Shown: positions 1 to 13,067 of the stretch, in pieces | Layout: the number at the start of each line of letters is the position of its first letter | Numbering within the stretch: the first letter of the stretch is position 1 | Assembly (NCBI RefSeq): GCF_018977255.1 | Contig: NW_024704742.1 | Location: 3,846,001 to 3,910,000 of the forward strand | From: Callorhinchus milii | Lineage: Eukaryota | DNA length: 64,000 nucleotides | Direction: 5' to 3' | Notes under the pieces: model-generated | Told to the model about the DNA's origin: nothing | The model's input: only the letters and a program-made list of their open reading frames with translations | Database searches by the model: none | Made by a program: the position numbers and the translations under genes

Positions 1-120
1 CTTGAGTTCTGTGTAATTATCTGGCTCAGGAACTGGACTACCAAAACCGTCAGAGGATTGACTCGATTTTGACATTCCTTTACCAAGCATGTTATCTTGG
101 AGCCAACTCAGCTCCAGGAG
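1..120 (+). repeat. Unclassified dispersed repeat, second copy at about 11105-11205
   Basis: Shared CTGGCTCAGGAAC..GACTAC..CATGT.A.CTTGGAG.CA..TCAGCTC. Confidence 0.65.
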
Positions 121-540
121 ATCTCACTTGCCTCTTCCTTCCCTCTCCCTCCAGGAGCAGACCCATTACTTGGGGATAGGGATTCATCCCAATCAACTTC
201 CGTTTGCACTGCTAACCAATGGGTTATTAGCATTTTAGTACTTTTCATATTTACTTGCAGTATTCCCTTTATTATTTTCAGTAGAAAGTTTATTCACTTA
301 ATAGGTAAATGCCTCGGGTCAGCTCCCAGGAAACCCTTATTACCTTACTTACTACCCTTACCTTCTTCATTAACTTGGACATTTTCCGGAGTTTGTCAGC
401 TGTGTAGTACTGCCTGTGTAGCAGTGGGTGGTTTGCCATCTTTCTTAGTTGCATCATTACATTGCATAGATCGCTTTTTTCTAGGATATGAACACAGAAT
501 AAAATTGTAGGAGGAAAGAGAGTGTAACTTGATATATATG

Positions 541-1068
541 TTCAGTAAAATTGTGAAACCATGAAATCACTGAAATTAGGAGTCAGGGATTTTGTGAAAA
601 AGTGATTCCCGCAGTTGACTGGGGCCGTCATCCTGAGGGGTCGCTATTCCAGGAACCAATTAGCCCTCTGCCCACAATGATTGTTAACAGAGACCTGCGT
701 CAACTAGGGAAAGTCAGTGTCACTCGGTGAAGCTGTCATTTCAGTCTGTTTGTGGTGGATAAGGCTTTACATAGTGTAACTGCGGTCAGAGGAAATATCA
801 GACCAACCATTGTAAATGATGAAAAGCAAAGCTAAAATGTATCTCCCGGTGTTGTGGAAGCTTCACTTGTGTTAACAAATAAACATCTGACTCATCACTG
901 AATGAAATGTCACATGAAGTTTATGGTGAATAAAATATTAATTTTCACAACGTATTACTTATTTGTTAATAATGCTAACAAGTTACCAATATAATAATAT
1001 GATCATTTTTTCACGGAATCCCTGACTCCCAATTTCAGTGATTTCATAGTTTCATAATTTTTACTGAA
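541..1068. mobile_element. MITE-like element with about 60-bp inverted repeats
   Basis: 541-600 matches the reverse complement of 1008-1068 with few mismatches. Non-coding interior. No TSD found. Confidence 0.7.
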
Positions 1069-1159
1069 AATTTCAGGGATTTTGCAAACTTTACTGTACT
1101 TTACTGTAACAACATCATTGTAGGATTCACATGCTCCACTCGGTAATAAATGTCACTGA

Positions 1160-1355
1160 AGCAGCCAATTTGCGCACAGCAGTGTCCCACAAACAGTCCT
1201 GGATTGAAGTGACCAATTTTATTATTTTTTTCTTGAGGGATTATTATCAGGGGTGTGGAATAAGGAAACTTGCCCAAGGTTTCGCACTGCCGGGAATCAA
1301 CCCCAGGTCTCCCACTTGCGAGGCGAGTGCTCCAACCACTAAGCTACAGGACTCC
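1160..1355 (-). mobile_element. Same SINE, 3'-truncated
   Basis: Head and core on the minus strand. Confidence 0.85.
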
Positions 1356-1392
1356 TTAATAAGAGTAGTTATCACGACTTTTGTCACCCTAT

Positions 1393-1870
1393 AACAACAA
1401 AAAATTGCATTTATACAGCACCTTTCATGTTGGGAGGATGTCCCAAGGTCTGGAAAGTGAAGGGTTTGTACCAGAGCTAGGACCTGGAGTCCTAGAGTGG
1501 GGCAAGGTTGGGGGGGTGGGGCGTTTGGAGGTGGGAGGGCAGAGAGGGAGGTGCAAGGCCTTCAAAAGTGAGATTGAGGATCTTGAACTTGATCATCTGG
1601 GGTACGGGGAGCTTGTGAAGGCAGGAGAGGATAGGAGTTATGGGGTCACAGAGCTTAGCGTGGGAGTTAGCAAAGTCAAGCCTGGATGTAATGAAAGATA
1701 GGATAAGGATCTCAGCAGCCTAAGGGAAGAGATAGTGGCAGAGGTGGACAATGTTGCAGAGTTGGGGGAAAGCAGAGCTGGTCGTGGCACAGATGTGGGG
1801 TTTAAAAGACAGTTGCGGGTCAAATAAGACAGCAAGGTTCCATACTGGCTTGGTGAATAGGTTGAGAATA
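1393..1870 (-). mobile_element. L2 3' fragment, deleted
   Basis: WNLAVLFDPQLSFKPHI plus the shared tail. Confidence 0.75.
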
Positions 1871-1902
1871 GGTGTTATGCTTTTACCAGATACAGTACTT
1901 AC

Positions 1903-2020
1903 CATTTCTGTTGATCGACCTCTTTAACTTCTTGAAAAGGGCAGTGTATGCTTGCCCCTGTTTTTCTGACATTGAACATATCTCTAGACGATCCTGCTTG
2001 GGTGGTAGCTGCTGCAAAAC
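1903..2020 (-). CDS. SMARCAD1: SMARCAD1 coding exon 17 (118 nt; last in window)
   Basis: [40 protein letters not shown]|gtaagt. Confidence 0.96.
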
Positions 2021-2382
2021 CTAAACAAACAAAAAAACAATTTGTGCCACCAAAGTCTTTCAAAATAATTTAAGAGCAATAAAATACATGTCTTTTTCCC
2101 AACAGTCAGTCAGTACCAATCTTCTGGTTTTCTACTATTGCCAAAGATGTCTGAAATATTTTATACTCTAATTGTTTTGTATATTTACAGGACTTTGGGA
2201 TTTATATATAGGAGGAGCAATTCAGTAAGTTTGTTCTAATTTAATAGATCTTATAATTTTTTTTATCTCAATATCTTAACTTTTCATCCAACTCTTTAAT
2301 ACCTCAAATACTTATGTTCACTACCCGTTTCTATTTTAAACATCCCAACTGATTCCACTGTTAAATGTATATATATCATTAC

Positions 2383-2478
2383 CTCACTTTTTAGTCTCCT
2401 TAAGATAAATGGCTTCATGATCTTTTTGGCATGAGCAATCCTCCCTTTTTCAAAGGTACTTTGTTCATCTGAGGTTTT
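2383..2478 (-). CDS. SMARCAD1: SMARCAD1 coding exon 16 (96 nt)
   Basis: KTSDEQSTFEKGRIAHAKKIMKPFILRRLKSE|gtaatg. Confidence 0.97.
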
Positions 2479-2998
2479 CTAAAAATAAACAAAACACTCA
2501 TATTGAATTGCAGAAACAAAATCCAGATATGAAAACAGCAGTTATGTTCGGAGACAACAGCACTATGAAGATACCTACAAGTGTTGCTTGAATTAACTTT
2601 TTGGATCTTAGAAAAGCATGTCTACATATATTGAAAAAAACGACATCGGCTAACACTAATAGCAAACAGAAACAGAAAAGAAACATCAGGTTTTTTTTCC
2701 TATGCTTTTATATGCTTACAAAAAGCATGTAGTTATTTCACCTGTGGGCTTGAATCCAGCTCAGTGTGATGGAATAAGTGTTCTCTTTAATCAGTAAGGA
2801 TCTTTGAAATCAGTTAGTGCCTCGTAGGCACTGCGCCTCAGCACAAAACTTCCCATTAACCAAGAAGTTTATTCAAAGTTCTTATACAGTAAACTGATAA
2901 CTTCAACCCTGGCTTAACTTGTCACTACAGCTTAAATCGCCATGGTGTCAATATCCCAGAAGCTTCAAATGCAAAATGTTAATAAGGGACTTTGCTTT

Positions 2999-3275
2999 AC
3001 AACAACAAAATTACATTTATAGAGCGCCTTTCATGTTGGGAGGACATCCCAAGGCGCTGGACAGTCAGGGGTCAGACCCAAGCATGGGGGGAGGGGTGGG
3101 AAAGGGGTGAGGGACGGCAGAGAGGTGGGAGGCCGACCAAATGCACGATCAAAGAGGAGGGTCTTGAGACCGGCCTTGAAGGAGGCAAGGGAGGAAGCGA
3201 GGCAAAGAGACTGTTGGATGGAGTTCCAGAGGGTGGGGGCAGAGAGGCTGAAAGCCCAGCCACCGAAGCCCTGGA
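2999..3275 (-). mobile_element. L2 3' end, same subfamily as 47485-47942
   Basis: AFSLSAPTLWN..FKAGLKTLLFDRAFG. Confidence 0.88.
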
Positions 3276-3547
3276 TGCATCTGAGCATGTGCATGCAACC
3301 TCCGCAAGCACCTGCACCAATCAGAGAGTCTCGTGTGGCCCAGGAGGACCTATCCCTAACTTGCCAGTCCGGATAACTCGTCGCTGAGCTCTTTTCCCTT
3401 GGAAAATCAAGTTAAAAAAATGTTCATCCAGTCTTGCAACCATCACTAAATATCCTTTCAGAAAATGTCCAATCTCGTAAAAAAAAATCCATATTTTTAT
3501 AGCTCTTTACACATAAATCATTTCTCTTAAAGTTGCCTAGTGCTTAC

Positions 3548-3685
3548 CGCTTTAGAAGAAAACATCCTTCGGATCTCACTGGTACTACTGCTGAACATGT
3601 TTGGCATGACAAAATTTAACAGAGACATCAGTTCCAGGAGATTGTTCTGCAGTGGAGTTCCAGTCAGCAGTAAGCGATGTTGAGC
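3548..3685 (-). CDS. SMARCAD1: SMARCAD1 coding exon 15 (138 nt; motif III)
   Basis: [46 protein letters not shown]|gtaagc. Confidence 0.97.
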
Positions 3686-3965
3686 CTAGTATTTAAAGAG
3701 ATATATAAAAGTGGATCAAAATTTATACAGAACATTCTTGCTCTTTAAAGAATATTTATAACTGTTTATCGCGAAGTTTAGAAAATATATCCAGAATATC
3801 CAAGATTTTTTAAATTGAACAAAATAGCAGAAATTCTGGGTCACAAGCACTAGAAATCTTCCAAAGGAAACCAGCAAATTGGGATGATTACATGTGACAC
3901 TGAACATTAGATTAAAACAAGACAAAAATAGCCTGAAGACCAAATGGTATTTGTCTTAAACTTAC

Positions 3966-4101
3966 ATTAAATGTCATTAGATGCTGATAACGGATGGTAC
4001 TCATGTTCTTCAGCATGTGACCTTCATCAAAAACTGCATAATGGAGCTTTACACGTCGAAAGAGACTGCGATCATCTGCATTACTAATTGAACAGGAATA
4101 C
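3966..4101 (-). CDS. SMARCAD1: SMARCAD1 coding exon 14 (136 nt; Walker B DEGH)
   Basis: [45 protein letters not shown]|gtaagt. Confidence 0.97.
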
Positions 4102-4576
4102 CTGAAGAGTGGAATAATGAAAATATAAACTGGAATGCATTTCTGGTTCAATGCAAACTCACAGTATACGTAATTAAATCCAAGGTTGCATTTTTGTTTT
4201 TAAATGTCCAACTTTCTCATGATTATTGCTTAAGAGTTTAATTAAGTTTAATACAGAAGACAGGGTATTTTGAGTTAGTTTGTCTACGCTAAAATTTCCC
4301 TTGGCTGGGGAAGAGCACGATCAGAAATGGTCCTCATCGCTATCCAATGACTTCTGCTGGAACATGAACGTCAGAGGAGGATAGAATTGGGACATATTAT
4401 GATGGCTTACTCCCTCATGGACAAACAATCTGCCTCATACATAAAACATAAAAATATCACTTGGATAGAGGGAGTATCAGAAGGCTGCAGAACCGCCTTT
4501 GGAACTTATTATAAATCCCAACATAAGACAACATGTTTAGGGCAGGAGGAAGATAACCGATTAGAACATAAAATGT

Positions 4577-4897
4577 GGAGTCCTGTAGCTCAGTGGTTGG
4601 AGACTCACTCCGCAAGCGAGAGACTTGGGTTCGATGCCCGGCAGGGCGAAACCTTGGGTAAGTTTCCTTACTCCACACGCCTGATAATAATCCGGAAAAG
4701 AAAAAAAACAATAATAAATTGGTCACTTCAATCCACGACTGTTTGTGGGACGCTGCTGTGCGCAATTCGTTGCCGCGTTTCGCCCACAAATATACAGTCA
4801 ATTCACCTTAGTCTATTTTGTGAAGCGCTTTAAGACGTCTCGAAGACGTGAAAAGTGCTATTTCAAATGCAAGGATTATTATTATTTATTATTATTA
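4577..4897 (+). mobile_element. tRNA(Ala)-headed Deu-domain SINE, full length
   Basis: Pol III A box TAGCTCAGTGG, B box GGTTCGA, core GTTTGTGGGA..GCTGTGCGCAATT, tail AAATGCAAGG(ATT)n. Confidence 0.9.
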
Positions 4898-5399
4898 TAA
4901 TATGATTGCCTCATCATGAAGCCATTTAATCCCCATTGGACTCACAATTGAGATTGCTGGTTATTTATCTACTGCAAATCATTTGATGCTTTTTACAAAA
5001 CTGATGGGATATCAAATAAGCACATGATTATTGGAGTCCTGAAAGGAAGTGCTGCAGGACACATTTTCTGCTACTAGAGGGAGCATAAACTGACTTGTTA
5101 GGACAAATTTTTAGACAGTAGAAATCTAACCTTGAGTTTATGCTCCCTCTAGTGATGTAGAATAGGTACCACAGCAGCAAAAAAAATTCCGATGACTTTT
5201 TAAAATAGGTCAAATAATATGCCTGTAAAAGTTGAACTACTTACCTAGATATAACTTGCTTAAAATAAACTTCAAATTCTACGTACATTCTTCAAAGTAC
5301 AGACTTCTGATTATTTCCTGCAGATACAAACTTGTCTGCCGCTATCAGTGCAGCCGGGGTGTACTGCTAAATCAACTGTGTTTACATCCCCCGATGGCA

Positions 5400-5745
5400 T
5401 CCTCTACCTGGATATTGCTCTGATCAGGCCACATCTAGAGTACTGCCTGCGTACAGCTCTGGTCACTGCGACAAAAGGGGGCTGACCAGGTCCCAGAGGC
5501 AGTGTAGAGTAATGCAATAAGGATCATAATAATCATCATCTCCAGTATTCGGGGAATGAGCTATGAGTTGGGCTAAAAGGTGAGCTGCAATTTTTCCACA
5601 GAACTGTGGAAAAACCACAACACTGGACTCATTTAAAAGGAGCTTGACGCTGTGATGGGGGTGAAGGTAGCATGGTTATTCTGGCAGGATGAGATCAGAT
5701 TGGCTGAAGGATCCTGTTCAGCCAAACTGATCTAGTGATTTTGTG
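5400..5745 (+). mobile_element. Old CR1 3' fragment
   Basis: ALIRPHLEYC-type motif at 5416-5445. Confidence 0.6.
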
Positions 5746-5830
5746 AGATGTGAATATCTCTGATAATTTATTGACGTTTAGTATTGGTTGTAAAAATGCG
5801 TGTAATAAAAAAGACAAATCCACAACTTAC

Positions 5831-5906
5831 GTGGTTACTATGACATTGAAGTCCACAATCTTGTGAAGTATGTCAGATCTGAGAAGCTTCCTATCTTCCA
5901 ATGAAC
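5831..5906 (-). CDS. SMARCAD1: SMARCAD1 coding exon 13 (76 nt)
   Basis: GSLEDRKLLRSDILHKIVDFNVIVTT|gtaagt; phase 1 to 2. Confidence 0.96.
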
Positions 5907-6423
5907 CTAACCACAGAAAATACACAATCATAAGCATCAATTAATTAGATGCTATATATACGCGCGAAGGATGCAAGGAGCATTTTAAATGACAGACTCA
6001 AACCATTAACCATTAATTGACCATGTATAGTTAAATATAATAATTCCTGTTTTTGATATTGCACCTTACCATGTCGTCAAAATGTGTCAAATCGCTTCAG
6101 TGGATTTTTACTGTAAAGTTCAGTGACTGTATTTATTGGCAAATATACAGAAGGTAGTGTGCTAAAGAGACAATTTGTGAGATGGCAAGTAGATCTTTAT
6201 GGCAAAATGCAGACCGAGTACATTAGGGTTTGCTTCTGTGACTTTTTGGTTAATTGTTCAGCTTGCAAACTAGGCGGATGAAAGTACTGTACTAAAACAA
6301 AGAGTCTGTGCTGATTAACTAGTAAGAGATACCACAATAAAATTCCTCACAGTTCCAAACTGTACACGTGGAGATGGAGAAAAAGAACGAAGAGAAAAAA
6401 GACAAAAGTAGTACTTTTCTTAC

Positions 6424-6483
6424 CATAATACAAAAGGATTTTGAGTTCAGGGCACCAATGCTTAAATTCTCGGATCCAGTTGT
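6424..6483 (-). CDS. SMARCAD1: SMARCAD1 coding exon 12 (60 nt)
   Basis: DNWIREFKHWCPELKILLYY|gtaaga; phase 1 to 1. Confidence 0.96.
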
Positions 6484-7183
6484 CTGGGGAAATCACAGAA
6501 CAAAAACTTAATATGCTCATTTAAACTGTAGATTAAATCTTAATATTTACTGTTGTTTTACAGAATACTCACCAAACAACATTAAACACAAAACAAAAAA
6601 AAATGTAGTAATTAGATTAACTAATCAATGTGTTGTGAGTTACACATTGATAGAAAATAAAGCTGTACAGCACTGAGTAAAATGTATCTTATTTACTACT
6701 GCAATATGTTCTCATATCGCAGTAGGTTTGAATAAAATGGTACCCGATCAAGATCTTTATTTATATATATATATATATATTGAACTAAAGTTAGGTCAAT
6801 GGATCACTTTTATAAGATACTGCTCAAAAATTTCAAATATTATGTGAAATGAAATTCCTACAATGCTTATACAGACATTTCTTAATCACTGAACAAATTG
6901 TAAAATCATGAGACAATCATCATTGCTGAAATCATCATTGCTGAATACGTTTTATGACTTTTGGCATTTATTAAGCACTGGTAACTGGTAACACAGAGCA
7001 ATAGCTGAAATTCAATACATATCCTGCTAGAAATATACCACCTAAAAAAAATTCAGCAAGCTTTCAATAACAGTACAAGAATACGAAACACTGCCTGCAA
7101 AGTGTCACAACAGGATAAGTTGTGGTATTTTGTCTTTTTACTCTCGAGTACTGTTAAATTAATGGTGTTTTGTCTCAAATTAC

Positions 7184-7283
7184 CTAGAGTAGAGGCAGGT
7201 ACTGTGATGAGATGTGGTCCTTTGTCTCCTTTCTGGTAAAGAAAGGCCAGGAATGCTATGGCTTGTACAGTCTTTCCCAAGCC
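7184..7283 (-). CDS. SMARCAD1: SMARCAD1 coding exon 11 (100 nt; Walker A)
   Basis: [37 protein letters not shown] ends. Confidence 0.97.
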
Positions 7284-7869
7284 CTGCAAGCAAAGTAAGA
7301 GTCCATCATTCAAACATGAAATTACGATTTTATAAAATGAATGTCTGTCATGTTAGACTTTTTTTTTTGCATGGTTAAAATCTTGTATGGAAACAGAAAA
7401 CAACTTCTCCACACTACAAGGGAGGCAGACGATATACTTCGAAGTCCCCTCCAACATAGCAGTTTTAAAATGAGATGTTTGAAGCCATGCAAAACCATCT
7501 TATAGTGTACCTCCTAATTAGTGTACTCAGTTTCTGCTCAGTGCAGCTCCACAGTGGAGAATGAGTTTACAATTACAAGCATACTAGCTCTGCCACGAAC
7601 ATTTTAAATTTATTGTATTCTTGGAACCAGCACTTTTTGAAAGAACTAATCCAATCTGATTGTGTAGAAATACAACAACAAAAACAAAATGACGTTGGTA
7701 AAGCGCCTTTCACGTCCAAAGGTGCTGAAATACTATTACGGTTGTTCTTAAAAGGAATTTTTCATGATACATAGTAAGAATTTTTGGTAATTTCACACAC
7801 TTGGGGTTTGTACAGCTTTGGGCATCTATTATTATCAGGGATGAATGGATAAAACGATTAAGAAATATT

Positions 7870-8570
7870 GGATACACTGGAGATTTTCTCTCCCGAGTTG
7901 TGGACGATTGAGTCGGGGACAAGATAGAAGTATTTAAGATTATGAAAGAATTTGATAAGGTGGACTTTGATAAATTGTTTCCACCTGTTGGCGAGTCCAA
8001 AACAATGGGACAGAAATAAAAGACAGCCAGTAGTAGATAATAATAATCCTTGCATTTGATATAGCGCTTTTCACATCGGGAGGACGTCCCAAAGCGCTTC
8101 ACAGAATATACTGTAAAGTGAATTGACTGTATATTTGTGGGCGAACGCGGCAGCCAATTGCGCACAGCAATGTTCCACAAACAGTCGTAGATTGAAAATG
8201 ACCAATTTATTATTGTTTTGGAGGGATTATTATTAGGCTCTGTGTGGAGTAAGGAAACTTGCCCAAGGTTTCGCCCTCTGCCTGGAATTGAACTCTGATC
8301 TCTCGCTTGCAAAGCGAGTGCTCTAACCACTGAGCTACAGGACTTCTTAAGGGATACGAGAAACTTCCCGCATAGGGTGGCGATGTATGGAACTCACACT
8401 GGTTGCAGTTGAAGGGCATCCAACATAAAGAAAACTTGATGCAAGATGAGGGTGAGGAAATAGAGGGATATAGGAGAGAGACATAGGAGGCGTGCAGGTA
8501 CGTGTCGAGTATAAACATCAGCACAAACTAGTTGGGCCGAATGACCTGATTTCATGACGTATCATTTTAT
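7870..8570 (+). mobile_element. CR1 3' fragment (split by the SINE)
   Basis: LGLFS..RRL.GD.IEVFKIM-type sequence and TTGGGCCGAATG.CCTG end. Confidence 0.7.
8038..8344 (-). mobile_element. Same SINE, full length, nested in a CR1 3' fragment
   Basis: Head, core and tail all present on the minus strand; CR1-like sequence on both sides. Confidence 0.9.
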
Positions 8571-9179
8571 GTAATTCCACTGGCATCCAGAGGATAGTAT
8601 GCAAGAGATCAATTGGGATAAAGCACTTTTTCAGCCAAACCAGTTATGATTTTGGAATACCAGTTGATCTGCTTAACAAAGTAAACCAGTATTTGTAGTC
8701 TGAACAGAAATTGTAGTCTAAACATTCTTAACTAATGTCTCAATGCAAAATCAATTAAGCTGTTGAGTGACAAAGTGTTTTAAAGAGTTGAATGCATCCA
8801 GTAGCACCTTGCAAACTCATCCCCTGCAGGTATGAAGAATGAAAAGTAAAATTCAGTAATGTCAGGGAGGATACTGAGTCACACCAAGTAGCCTGCTTTC
8901 AAGCTGTTATCTGTGGTCATGTGGCTTGGCACCATGGATGTCATAGCTTTGCAGAAGTTTGAATGTGAGCCAATATTGTACATAGATTATTTTCTCCAGG
9001 GAAAAATACATTGGGATTTTGACACCTTCAGAATAAACATTGTTATCCAGTGTCGGAACCTGAAACCAAGTTATATACTTCATTCCTTCTGCTCAGTTCA
9101 TCTCTAGTATTGTTTTGGGATCAAATCTTCAACCATCAAAACCTAATTATAAGTAAAATGACAAACTAGTATTACTCAC

Positions 9180-9270
9180 CATCTCGTCTGCTAATATGCC
9201 ATTCACGTGATGTTTATGCAGCAAAGCCAACCAATTTAATCCAACTAATTGATATGCCTTAAGCTCCAAA
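9180..9270 (-). CDS. SMARCAD1: SMARCAD1 coding exon 10 (91 nt)
   Basis: [30 protein letters not shown]|gtgagt (SNF2 Q motif and start of motif I). Confidence 0.97.
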
Positions 9271-10570
9271 CTGTGAAACAGAAGCGAGACAGATATGAAT
9301 TGACAAGAAGATTAAAACAAAACTTAACAAATTGAAACACATTTAGATTTATGCTTATTTCCGGTTATGTAAGGAAAGAAGATCTGAACTAAAATATTAA
9401 TTTTGACCCTCAAAAGTTTCTATTTGAAGGATAAATTGAAGAAACGAAGAACGAAGAATGGGAGAAATATCAAAACATCTCCAGATTAAACTATTAGTGC
9501 TTTTGGAGAATATAATCCTTTAGATTTCAACTTGCTTGAGGCCCAATCTCGTAAACTGTCCAGACAACAGATGAAGTTGGGAGGACAGTCCTAAATAATA
9601 CTGAAATAAATCCTTTCACTCAACATTTCATCTGTTAAATATACTATTCACCTGATATTTATCCTCAAAGGCAACTTAATTCAGCTAATAGGATTTAAAA
9701 TCTGAAATGCTAATAGTTGGGTGGATAAAAGGTGCAACATTTTTCAAATTGAACATTGAGCGTGTTCTGTACTGTGTAATTGCATGATTTGGGTATTAGA
9801 CATTCAATCACAAAACATCAAAACTAGTTGAAAGTTAACAAGTGCATCCTGAACGTGATGACAGATCGTCAATTAACGCAAGAAATTCCAAACTCGCAAG
9901 GGCACGTCCAAATATTATTTTCTGATTAAAAAGAGCGTTCCTGAAAATAATTAACTCTTGAAAGACTCCAAATCCTAACCTGAAGACTTAAGAAATTTTG
10001 CCTTCAGGAAGCTTTTTTTTAAAAAATAAAAATTACTTTAAAGTTATTAACAGTTTTCCTAGCTCAAAGTCAAATGTAGCAATAAGCCTACGGTCTAGTC
10101 TCGTCTGTGCACAAAATAAAAACAAGTAAGGGAATTCGCAACTCTCAATCTCTGGGCTATCTGATTCAGGATGCCACATCATCTAATAAAGTTGAGGACG
10201 ACGTATTTTGATTAGTTTAATTTCTTAATTCTTTAATAGTTCTACCAATTATGTGTTTGCTCACACTGGTTTATTTTCATTTTTATTTTGATACCTTGAT
10301 GCAATAAGATATTTATTCTTGGCTTTACTCACTCAACTAAAACCAAAGGTGAAACTTAACATGCATTTCAGCTACTGGATTGCTCTGGTGACCTGCTTGA
10401 GACCAAAGTCAAGTACATCTCAGAGTACCTATACTTGAATAGAATGTATACTTCAAACCAGACAGATCAGGAATTGCCCAACTTCAGGAAAGTACAGTAC
10501 CAGTGAGTACAAAGCAACAGCCCTGCAACAGAACCTGGTTGTTAGTCGATTGGCAGATGCTTTTCTGGGA

Positions 10571-10960
10571 ATAATAATCCCACAGTAATAAATAAAAATA
10601 GTAATTTGGTCACTCAATCCACGATTGTTTATGGGACACTGCTGTGCACAATTGGGTGCTGCATTTCGCCCACAAATATACAGTCAATTCACTTTACAGT
10701 ATAATAATAATAATCCTTGCATTTGATATAGCGTTTTTCACGTCAGGAGGACGCCCCAAAGCGCTTCACAGACACACTGTAAAGTGAATTGACTGTATAT
10801 TTGTGGGCGAACGCGGCAGCCAATTGCGCACAGCAATGTCCCACAAATAGTCGTAGATTAAAAATGACCAATGTATTATTGTTTTTGGTTTTGGAGGGAT
10901 TATTATTAGACTCTGTGTGGAGTAAGGAAACTTGCCCAAGGTTTCACCCTGCCTGGAATC
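10571..10960. mobile_element. Two SINE copies tail-to-tail (10571-10702 plus, 10702-10960 minus)
   Basis: Directly visible inverted core sequences. Confidence 0.85.
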
Positions 10961-11884
10961 CGCGTGAAGGGAGCTATATAAATGCAAGTTGTTGGTGTTG
11001 AATGGGAGAATTTCCTGCTCCAGTGACTGGTCTGTCCTTTAAGTTCTGCCGATGAGCCAACGAGATTGTGATTTCATGAACAGTGCCCTGGACTATCACG
11101 GACCCTCCTGGCTCAGGAACCAGACTACTGAGACCACCACAGATGGCTGCTTGATTTCAACACTCCATTCCCAAACATGTCACCTTGGAGTCAGTTCAGC
11201 TCAAAGGAAATTAAGTCATTAAGAACAAATATGATTTAAATAGGCTATGCACTCAAAACTCAATCAAGGAATATTTTCAAATTGAGCTCCGCAACCTCAC
11301 CGTTTTAAATGCACTGCATGTGGACAGAACATTTCAGACAACACTATTTGTTTAGTTACTACAAATAAAGGAAACTTGATATGTCTTGTATCTTAAAGGC
11401 TGAACCAAATCCAGACATGTGCTTAAAGGAAACGTGTCTCATCATCCACTCCTGATTGAATCTTTTAAAAACCCTAAATGTTATTAGTCATTTATATTAA
11501 TGCAATGCATAAAGCATTTGAGAAGACATTTAAAACCTGTCATCTCTGATTTAAACTTGTTCAACTGTAGGCAAGACAGGAATGCATTGCGTAATTCAAA
11601 TCAAACTGAAACATGCTTAAGTATCCATTGGTGATACAGTATTTGGGAGAAATCAAGAGCAATTCTTTTGTGATCATTTGAGACAATATGCTTAAACATT
11701 ATCAAGAATCATAATGTCACAATATTAATGTTGGGTTAGATTTTGTCAGAGGTCGAAGGCAACTTTAGTTGAGTCGTAGACAACAAGTCCGGCAGTTTCT
11801 ATAGTGGCACCAACCATTAAAGAGACAAAGCCATTGTGTTCCCTGCATGATTACATCTAAGGTCCAGTGTTATACAATATGATA

Positions 11885-12260
11885 TATATTTATACAGCAA
11901 CGTTCCTGCAGGAGGGTGTCTAAAAGCACTTGACCCTGCTTGCTGGGCACCCAAACAGGGAGGTGGTGAGGGGGTGGTTGCGGAAGGGAGCAGGGAGGGG
12001 AGCGATGACCGAAAGTGCAGGTACAAAGGTATGTCTTGAATCAGACCATGAATGAGGAGGGGAGGGAGGAAGCAAGTTGGAGCTCCAAAGAGCGGCGGCA
12101 GAATGGCTGGAAGTCCGCTTGCGGTGGGGCAGATAGGGCAGGAAACATGAAGTTGATTGAAGGTAGCGGCTGGGTTGGTTGGGTTGAAGGAGGTCGCGAC
12201 GACACTAAGGAGGGATTTGAATGTGAGAACGACAATCTTGCATTTGAACCGCTGGGTGTT
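11885..12260 (-). mobile_element. L2 3' fragment
   Basis: QRFKCKIVVLTFKSL and a decayed tail. Confidence 0.7.
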
Positions 12261-12799
12261 ATGGTGTATGAAACTTAATACCTGTAACACGTTATTAGTC
12301 GTATGAAACACTGAAATGGGTGTAGATGTCCCACGGAAATGCGTTTCATGCATCAACACATTTTCTGCAGGATTTTTGAAGTTTGATAACACAGACAAAC
12401 ATCTTTTCCATGATATCCATATATTCACTAAATTCAGCAGTGAAATTCTGTACTTCAACCTATTTTCGATTCCATTTCTCCATTCCAGGTCTCCATAGGA
12501 GAACTGTTCCAAGAATGGTTTGTCAGCTTGAATCTGCGTGCAGATTATACACCAATTAACATTAAACAAACATCCTATGACCTTTGAAATTCTAGACTAT
12601 TACGAAGAATGTTGAAATTCATATTACATGTAATAGTTATCGTCAAATTCCCAGCAACGCACATATATTTCAGAACTCGATCTCTGAAAACGTTTTATAA
12701 GCACTTAACCATGTTCAACTTTATCTATGGCTTGGTGAAGATTCACTGAAGCCCACAAAGCAGTTTCACTGCTTTTGTCTAACTTTAAATGCATAGCAA

Positions 12800-13022
12800 C
12801 TAATAATAATAATCATCCTTACATTTGATATAGCGCTTTTCACGTCTTCTAGACGTCTCAAAGCGCTTCACAGAATAGACTGGAAAGTAATTGACTGTAT
12901 ATTTGTGAGCAAAACACGGCAGCTAATTCCGCACAGCAGTGTCCCATAAACAGTCATGGATTGAAGTGACCAATTTATTATTGTTTTTTTTCTTGAGGGA
13001 TTATTATCAGGCGTGTGGAGCA
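12800..13022 (-). mobile_element. Same SINE, 5'-truncated
   Basis: Tail and core on the minus strand, about 45 nt from the exon 9 donor. Confidence 0.85.
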
Positions 13023-13067
13023 AGAAAAATATACTTGTACACAACAAATGTATTAATCAATAATTAC

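Noticed and set aside
4577..4645. tRNA-Ala-like sequences (also 1285, 8280, 28562, 53811, 63359)
   Set aside because: They are SINE heads: no closing acceptor stem or poly-T terminator, and each is fused to the SINE body.
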